NCBI GenBank assembly: GCA_965222605.1
Contig: OZ244960.1
Coordinates: 5,536,001 to 5,600,000, forward strand
Origin: Candidatus Latescibacterota bacterium
Lineage (GTDB): Bacteria; Latescibacterota; UBA2968
Direction: 5' to 3'
Length of the DNA stretch: 64,000 nt
Part shown: in pieces, positions 58,123 to 64,000 of the stretch
How the letters are laid out: every line of letters begins with the position of its first letter
Numbering within the stretch: position 1 is the stretch's first letter
Translations under genes and position numbers: made by a program
The notes under the pieces: generated by a model
Seen by the model: only the letters and a program-made list of their open reading frames with translations
Databases searched by the model: none
Told to the model about the DNA's origin: nothing

Positions 58123-58872
58123 TCAAATTTCGGTCTTTTCTTTTAAGGAGAGAAGTTGATCGCGTAGCTCTGCGGCGCGTTCGAAGTCTTCGAGGCCCAC
58201 GGCTTCGCGGATCTGATCGCGCAGGTTCTGTGACAGTGTTTTGGGGCGGTCGCGACGAATCTCGTCTGCCCACTCCTGGAGGAAGGCGATTTCTTCACTT
58301 TCGTCAATGAGGTCGTGCCGATCAAATTCCTTAAAAAAGGACTGGAGTTCGTCAATACCTGTGTCAATTTTTGACAGTGCCATATCGTAGGCTTCGCGTT
58401 CGAGATACATCAGGACTTCAGCCCGTACGCGGTGTCCAATGACAAAGGGGCGACAGTGCTCAAACGCCATACGGTCTTCCTCGTCTTCTGCGTATTCTTT
58501 GACAAAATCGAAAAGTGCGAGATTGCGTTCGGCGTCTTTTTTGGCGTTGAGATATTCGCCTATTTCGAGAAAGCTGATGCGGCGATGATAATATTGGTGG
58601 GCTTCCATTTGGAGGGCCATGCAGCTTTCAGAATCGAGCACAAAGTCTTCTGGACCGCGTTTTTTCGCCTGCGCTTTGTAATAGTGCAAGAGCGATTCAC
58701 ACCCTTCGGGCTGTTGACCGTCGGGGCGACCGGTGACATCCATTTGCAAGATGCCCATTTCGATGCGGAGTTGAACTTTTGCGCGACCATCATCTCCTAT
58801 AATTTTGCGAACGCACAATTGACCGGGTTCACAAGGCCAGTCATCCAGAAGTGGCTGAATATCCTTACTCAT
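58123..58872 (-). CDS. UvrB/UvrC-motif-containing protein
   Basis: Q.R...G.LQM...GRPDG; C-terminal A...EDFERAAELRDQL. Confidence 0.85.
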   Translation of the reverse strand: MSKDIQPLLDDWPCEPGQLCVRKIIGDDGRAKVQLRIEMGILQMDVTGRPDGQQPEGCESLLHYYKAQAKKRGPEDFVLDSESCMALQMEAHQYYHRRISFLEIGEYLNAKKDAERNLALFDFVKEYAEDEEDRMAFEHCRPFVIGHRVRAEVLMYLEREAYDMALSKIDTGIDELQSFFKEFDRHDLIDESEEIAFLQEWADEIRRDRPKTLSQNLRDQIREAVGLEDFERAAELRDQLLSLKEKTEI

Positions 58873-58923
58873 CGGTGCGTATCCTCCATTGATAAATTGA
58901 CTGAGGAAAATAAGCTCAAAGGC

Positions 58924-58952
58924 AGTTTACCATAATCACCAAAGGTTGTCAA
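58924..58952 (-). promoter_or_regulatory. Putative sigma70 promoter
   Basis: TTGACA-17 bp-TAAACT. Confidence 0.6.
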
Positions 58953-58969
58953 GAAATTAGCCTGTCCCG

Positions 58970-60007
58970 CTAATCGACTGATACACCCAGTTCATTTGCT
59001 GTTTCGACTGTGTTGTCCCAGGTTTCGTCTTCAATAAAGATGCCTTCGGCTTCGCGTTTGGTGCGTGTGTCGTGTTCTATTTCCCCTGGGAGATAGATTT
59101 TATCGACACCGGGCTGGATGCGAGAGGACTTGATCCAGTCACAGAGACGGCCAATTTCGTTGAGATAGTCAGAGAGATCGATAAAGCTGTCGATTTTGAT
59201 GGCGATGGCGATATAGCCACTGCCGCCTCGCGTGGGTTGTTCTGAACTGCATCCCGCCCATGAGAGGCCGCCCGCGATGGCGTCGATCATCATGCCCAGG
59301 CCATATCCCTTGTGGCCTTGTGGCCCGCCCAGAGGCAGCATCGCCACGTCGTTACCTTTGAAGCGATTGGGGTCATTCACGGGATTGCCGTCTGCATCTA
59401 CGAGCCAGCCATCGGGTGTTTGCTGTCCGCGCGCGCGATACACATCGACTTTGCCACCGGCAGACATACTGGTGGTCATGTCGAGCATGAGGGGAGGACC
59501 ATTGGGTGTGGGGGTGCTGAAGGCAATGGGATTGGGAGGCAGACGTCGGCTCGTGCCGCCAAAGGGGGCGGTGAATCGCCCGCCGCCATTGAGCATGAGC
59601 AGGCCAATGCAGTTGCGTTCAGCCGCTTTGGGCGGATAATCGCCCAGGCGACCGATGTGACTGGATCGGTGAACGGCTACGGCGCCGATGGTGTGTTCAA
59701 GGGCGCGGTCGGTAGCCATTTGCATGGCTTTGTGGGCGACGACAATACCGATGGTGCGCTCGGCATCAATAACGGCAGAGACCGGGGTTTCTCGGATAAT
59801 TTTGAGTTCGCTTACGGGCTTGATATTGCCGCTTATGATGGCGCGAATATATCCCGGCGTGCGAATAACACCGTGCGAGTCGTGCCCGTAGAGGTTGGCA
59901 TCCACGAGGTGGTCGGCTACAATATGGGCCTGATCTTCTGGAAATCCCGCAGCGCTGTAGAGTTCGCGTTGCAGGGTTCGAAGGTGCGTTGCGTCAATAA
60001 TGGGCAT
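58970..60007 (-). CDS. Ldh_2 family (malate/L-lactate dehydrogenase-like) oxidoreductase
   Basis: ANL.GHDSHGV, HIGRLG.Y, NPIAF, LDM.TS, GHKGYGL, PGE.E. Confidence 0.92.
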   Translation of the reverse strand: MPIIDATHLRTLQRELYSAAGFPEDQAHIVADHLVDANLYGHDSHGVIRTPGYIRAIISGNIKPVSELKIIRETPVSAVIDAERTIGIVVAHKAMQMATDRALEHTIGAVAVHRSSHIGRLGDYPPKAAERNCIGLLMLNGGGRFTAPFGGTSRRLPPNPIAFSTPTPNGPPLMLDMTTSMSAGGKVDVYRARGQQTPDGWLVDADGNPVNDPNRFKGNDVAMLPLGGPQGHKGYGLGMMIDAIAGGLSWAGCSSEQPTRGGSGYIAIAIKIDSFIDLSDYLNEIGRLCDWIKSSRIQPGVDKIYLPGEIEHDTRTKREAEGIFIEDETWDNTVETANELGVSVD

Positions 60008-60054
60008 ATAGTTATGTCCTTTCGAAAAGAATGAGCGTGTGTGCCAGAGTTCAA

Positions 60055-61200
60055 CTATTGGATCGCCTGGCGAACCCAGTCAAGCGCGGAGAGCGGCATG
60101 ATACCGTAGTTGTAAAAGGCGAATTTGGTCACGCCTTGTTCCTGGGCCGCCTGAAGATTGGCACAGAGGGTTTTTGCATCGGGGGAGGCTGGGGGATAGG
60201 CTTGAAGTCCGACAACGAGTTGGTCCGGGCTCTGGATGATAGGTAAAAGTTCTGAGACTCGCATTCTGGTGCGTTGGGGATCGGCAGTATAAGAAAGAAT
60301 TTCTACACTGTCAGCAATTTGTGCAATGGCTTTGGGATTCGATCCCGTGATTTTTGAATCGCCCATCAAGATATAGGAGAGCGGGACATCAACGGACTCT
60401 TTGAGTTCACGCACGAGGGATGTGACAATTTCTTCGCGCATGGCGTCAAATGCTTCGAGGTCTGGTATTGTGCGTTTGAGTTCTGTGATCGTTTCCCGAA
60501 CGGGTTGACCAGTATCAAAGGCCGTGCGGATTTTTGCGGTGACAGCACTTTGTAACTGCTCGATATCGATATTGCCTTCCATCGCTTGTTTTTTACAGCT
60601 ATCGCAGAAGCAGAGTGAAAAGAGGTAGCGTCCGCCAGAACCCAGGTCAATACCGTGTTTGGCGTGATGATGAAGATGGCCCCAGCCGGAGTAGGCGAGG
60701 GATTCGCATTCGAGGAGGGAGATGTCGTAGTTGAGCACCAGATCGCGAGAAAGCGCGATGGCAAAGGCGCGTACGTCTGGGTTTGCAGGGCAGAGGGCCG
60801 ATGTGCTGATGTCACCTGTGCAGCGGACTTCGGCACATTCGGGATGGGATTGCGCCTGATAGGAGTTGTGAAAAAAGACGGTCCAGGAATTGAGATTTAT
60901 ATCAGCGGATGATGCGGCTTTTGCGGCTTCGCCCCACCAGTTTTCGTTTTGCATCAAAGGGCTGACGTGTGGTTTGATCGCACCGTAAAGCGATTCCTGT
61001 GGCTCGAAATAAATCGCTGCCTGTGAGACCTCGAGTGTGTTGTTGGCAGGTAAATGGGGACGCAGCATGTCGAAGGTATGGTAAGCCGATGCGAGGTTGA
61101 TGGCGTCGAGTTTAATTTCTTCGCGGAGTTTGTGAAGAACGGCGTCATAACCTTCGTCGCGTAAATCCCAGGGATAAGTCCACATGGTGGCGTCAGGCAT
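60055..61200 (-). CDS. Hypothetical protein, probable TIM-barrel glycoside hydrolase-like
   Basis: W.YPWD, A.AYH, W.V..H, LCPANP, CFC..C, FYNYG. Confidence 0.65.
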   Translation of the reverse strand: MPDATMWTYPWDLRDEGYDAVLHKLREEIKLDAINLASAYHTFDMLRPHLPANNTLEVSQAAIYFEPQESLYGAIKPHVSPLMQNENWWGEAAKAASSADINLNSWTVFFHNSYQAQSHPECAEVRCTGDISTSALCPANPDVRAFAIALSRDLVLNYDISLLECESLAYSGWGHLHHHAKHGIDLGSGGRYLFSLCFCDSCKKQAMEGNIDIEQLQSAVTAKIRTAFDTGQPVRETITELKRTIPDLEAFDAMREEIVTSLVRELKESVDVPLSYILMGDSKITGSNPKAIAQIADSVEILSYTADPQRTRMRVSELLPIIQSPDQLVVGLQAYPPASPDAKTLCANLQAAQEQGVTKFAFYNYGIMPLSALDWVRQAIQ

Positions 61201-61284
61201 TGGGATGCTCCTTTCTCTGTTTTTGTCATGGTATTTTCGTTTTGGATAATTTCAAAGCGATTTTTGAAACGGGTTGAAAGGTGA

Positions 61285-61313
61285 TTGACTTTTTTGCTAA
61301 AATATAGTATAAC
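61285..61313 (+). promoter_or_regulatory. Putative sigma70 promoter
   Basis: TTGACT-17 bp-TATAAC upstream of the ATG at 61348. Confidence 0.6.
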
Positions 61314-61347
61314 CTGTTTTTGTATTCAACACTGTTTGGAGGAATGG

Positions 61348-62361
61348 ATGACAAAACTCGGATTGGGTGTGATTGGATGCGGCAATATGGGGGCGAGTCT
61401 GGCAAATGGTGCGCGGGGTTTGGACTGCGCGGAAGTGGTTTGTGTTAGCGATGTAGATGGGAAAAAAGGCCGAGCACTATCTAAAAAAATGGACTGCGAT
61501 TACGAGGCGGATTATCACGCGATGCTGGCGCGGGAGGATGTGCGGGCAGTCATGATCGCCACGCCGCCGTTTTTGCATATTGATCCCACGATTGCAGCAG
61601 CCCGAGCGGGGGTGCATGTGTTTTGCGAAAAGCCCATGTCGCCGACGCTGGCTGGGTGTGATGCGATGATCTCCGCGTGTGAGCAAGGCGGCGTTGCGTT
61701 GGGTATTGGGCTGGTGTGTCGCTTTCACCCGGTGCATCGCAAGGTGCGCGATTTGGCTCGCGGGGGCGATTTGGGTTCGCCTTTGTGTTTGATGGTGCAT
61801 CGCCTGGGCGGTGGATGGGGCGGTGTTTGGACGGCAACCTGGCGAGAGTCAAGAGCCAAAAGTGGCGGTACGCTGATGGAAGTGAATGCGCATGAAATCG
61901 ATTTTATGCGTTTTGTGATGGGCGATGCGGAATCGGTTTCTGCGGTGGGGGGGCAGTTCGTGCAGATGGAGACGGATTTTCCAGATGTGGCACTCGTATC
62001 GATCCGATTCAGAAACGGTGGAGTAGGCGTATTGCATTCCAGTCAGGCAAGTGCTATTGGCGGTTATGGCGGGCGGTTGGATTGCGCCGAAGGCTCGGTG
62101 GCCTTTCCGTCGTTTTGGGGTGGTGAAGGTGGTTTGCGCTACAAGCGATACGATGGGGATGAGACGACGATTGCCGCGTCGGATTTATCGCAAGATGAAA
62201 GCCCGGTGAGCCAGGAAATTCGCGCGTTTTGCGAAGCGGTACTCAATGGGGAGGACCCACCGGTGTCTGGTGTAGATGGTCGGGCAGCTGTGGAGATTGC
62301 GTTGGCAGCTTATCAGTCCATTGAAACGGGCGAAACAATTGCGCTTCCGTTTGAGGAATGA
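61348..62361 (+). CDS. Gfo/Idh/MocA oxidoreductase
   Basis: GVIGCGNMG, HVFCEKPM, SGG.L....HEID; GGAGG RBS. Confidence 0.92.
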   Translation: MTKLGLGVIGCGNMGASLANGARGLDCAEVVCVSDVDGKKGRALSKKMDCDYEADYHAMLAREDVRAVMIATPPFLHIDPTIAAARAGVHVFCEKPMSPTLAGCDAMISACEQGGVALGIGLVCRFHPVHRKVRDLARGGDLGSPLCLMVHRLGGGWGGVWTATWRESRAKSGGTLMEVNAHEIDFMRFVMGDAESVSAVGGQFVQMETDFPDVALVSIRFRNGGVGVLHSSQASAIGGYGGRLDCAEGSVAFPSFWGGEGGLRYKRYDGDETTIAASDLSQDESPVSQEIRAFCEAVLNGEDPPVSGVDGRAAVEIALAAYQSIETGETIALPFEE

Positions 62362-62393
62362 CGCTTGTTGTTCACAGATCAGGATGAAAGATC

Positions 62394-63632
62394 ATGGCGC
62401 GAAAATTTGAGATTCCAGAATTTTACAAAAGTCCGATCATTTCGCAGGTCAAAAGAGCGCGACAACTATCGGATCCCAAAAAGCGCGATTTGCAGCCCTC
62501 GGTGCTGGATTTTGGGCCTGTGCGATTTTTTTTGGCGCGGCATTTTGGGTTTTGCTTTGGCGTGGAGAATGCCATTGAAATTGCGTATAAGACCCTGGAA
62601 GCGCATTCGGACCGACGCGTGTTTTTCCTGAGTGAGATGATTCACAATCCCAATGTGAACGCAGATTTGCAGGATCGCGGTGTGCAGTTTATGTTTACGC
62701 CGTCTGGCGAACAGCTTATTCCGTGGGAAGAACTTGTACCCGAAGATATCGTGGTCGTGCCTGCTTTTGGTACAACTGTGGGAACTCAAGAGGAATTGTC
62801 CCGGCGGGGGATTGATCCATATCAGTACAATACCACATGTCCATTTGTCGAAAGGGTGTGGAAGCGCAGTGCCCAATTGGGAGATGGGGATTATACTGTC
62901 GTCATTCACGGGAAGACCATACACGAAGAAACGCGGGCGACTTTTTCACACGCGGTTCAAAATGCACAGGTCGTGGCTATACTGAATTTGAAAGAGGCGC
63001 GTATTTTAGCAGATATTATTCGGGGCAAACGCGATCTCGGTGCTTTTGAACGGTATTTTAGACACAAGTGCTCACAGGGATTTGACCCTCGCATCCATTT
63101 GTCGCGCATCGGTGTGGTGAATCAGACGACGATGTTGGCTACTGAAACGCATGAAATCGCCGGGATCATTCGGCAGGCACTCATGGATCGGTACGGAGCG
63201 GAGAATATCGAAGACCATTTTGCGGATACATCAGATACGCTTTGTTATGCCACCAACGAAAATCAGAATGCGACGTACACACTTATTGAGCAAGAAGCAG
63301 ACCTCGCTCTGGTTGTAGGGGGCTACAATTCTTCGAATACGTCGCATATTGTGGAATTGTGCGAGGAAGCCATGCCGACGTTTTTTGTGAAGGATGCCGA
63401 GGAGTTGATTTCAGAACGCGAAATTCGGCATTATTGTCTCAAGTCGCACGGGGTGGAGATTGCCGAGAATTGGTTGCCCGATAAAAGACCTGTGGATGTC
63501 GCACTGACATGTGGTGCCTCGTGTCCCGATGCGGTGGTGGATGGTGTGCTGTTGCGCGTGTTGTCTTTTTTTTCTCAGACGCGGGATGTGCAGGGTGTGC
63601 TGGCGTCGTACAGGGCGATGGAGCCTGTGTAA
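62394..63632 (+). CDS. ispH: 4-hydroxy-3-methylbut-2-enyl diphosphate reductase
   Basis: GFCFGV, IHNP, TTCPFV, NQTT, DTLCYAT..NQ, GG.NSSNT, GASCPD. Confidence 0.95.
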   Translation: MARKFEIPEFYKSPIISQVKRARQLSDPKKRDLQPSVLDFGPVRFFLARHFGFCFGVENAIEIAYKTLEAHSDRRVFFLSEMIHNPNVNADLQDRGVQFMFTPSGEQLIPWEELVPEDIVVVPAFGTTVGTQEELSRRGIDPYQYNTTCPFVERVWKRSAQLGDGDYTVVIHGKTIHEETRATFSHAVQNAQVVAILNLKEARILADIIRGKRDLGAFERYFRHKCSQGFDPRIHLSRIGVVNQTTMLATETHEIAGIIRQALMDRYGAENIEDHFADTSDTLCYATNENQNATYTLIEQEADLALVVGGYNSSNTSHIVELCEEAMPTFFVKDAEELISEREIRHYCLKSHGVEIAENWLPDKRPVDVALTCGASCPDAVVDGVLLRVLSFFSQTRDVQGVLASYRAMEPV

Positions 63633-63649
63633 TAGGGGGTGAGAGGCGT

Positions 63650-64000
63650 TTACTCTTCTCCTAACACTTCGAGAAGCCTGCGAACTTTTTGGAGTGATTC
63701 CTTTGTTTGCAATCGAAGCAGTGCAGAAAGCACGGCTTTTCCGTCTTCAGAAGAGAGTAAAATATTCAGTTCTCTGAGTTGTTCTGTTGTGAGTGTATTG
63801 AGCCGGTCGCTTACAATACTGCCCAACTCGGGATCATGCTCCCGACGGTAAACAATAGTCGTTTCGGGATTCGCACCCAAAAGGACATCCGGCGAAACGC
63901 CCAGAGCAGTGGCAATAGCGACCAGGGTATCGGCTCGGGGTACTTTTGTCTCGGCTTCAATGCGAGATACTGTCGCCTGGTCAATATTGGCAGCATGGGC
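63650..64000 (-). CDS. XRE-family helix-turn-helix regulator (5' end outside the window)
   Basis: Own translation: AHAANIDQATVSRIEAETKVPRADTLVAIATALGVSPDVLL. Confidence 0.8.
   Translation of the reverse strand, partial: AHAANIDQATVSRIEAETKVPRADTLVAIATALGVSPDVLLGANPETTIVYRREHDPELGSIVSDRLNTLTTEQLRELNILLSSEDGKAVLSALLRLQTKESLQKVRRLLEVLGEE

Noticed and set aside
1-64000. CRISPR array, tRNA or rRNA genes
   Set aside because: No regularly spaced identical repeats and no recognisable structural RNA seen by eye.

Overview
Bacterial DNA. The gene content (sulfatase, PhyH dioxygenases, Gfo/Idh/MocA, sialidases, MacB-type permease) suggests a marine heterotroph such as Latescibacterota or Poribacteria; this is inference only. 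About 58 kb (1-58041) is a hypervariable, almost entirely minus-strand array, followed by a more ordinary block (UvrB/C-motif protein, Ldh_2 oxidoreductase, Gfo/Idh/MocA, ispH, XRE regulator). The array mixes two kinds of genes. The first are polysaccharide and sugar catabolic genes (rhaM, PL4 lyase, alginate lyase-PhyH fusion, sulfatase, GH4, sialidases). The second are integron-like cassettes, with 8 near-complete attC-like hairpins and about 10 half-sites, no intact integrase, and only a ~100-bp tyrosine-recombinase relic. The array contains many gene stubs, 'hollowed' genes that keep only head and tail, and at least 7 diverged direct-repeat pairs. Five IS elements are present: IS200/IS605 tnpB, an ISKra4-like element in trpD, IS982, and an IS701-like element with a nested IS5. 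The best candidate for something undescribed is the turnover regime of the array: G|TT cassette integration combined with recurrent breakage near the attC L-box, and stub-anchored import of diverged alleles. A 2.8-kb ABC-permease unit framed like a cassette is also notable. All family assignments are from motif recognition, not database searches.
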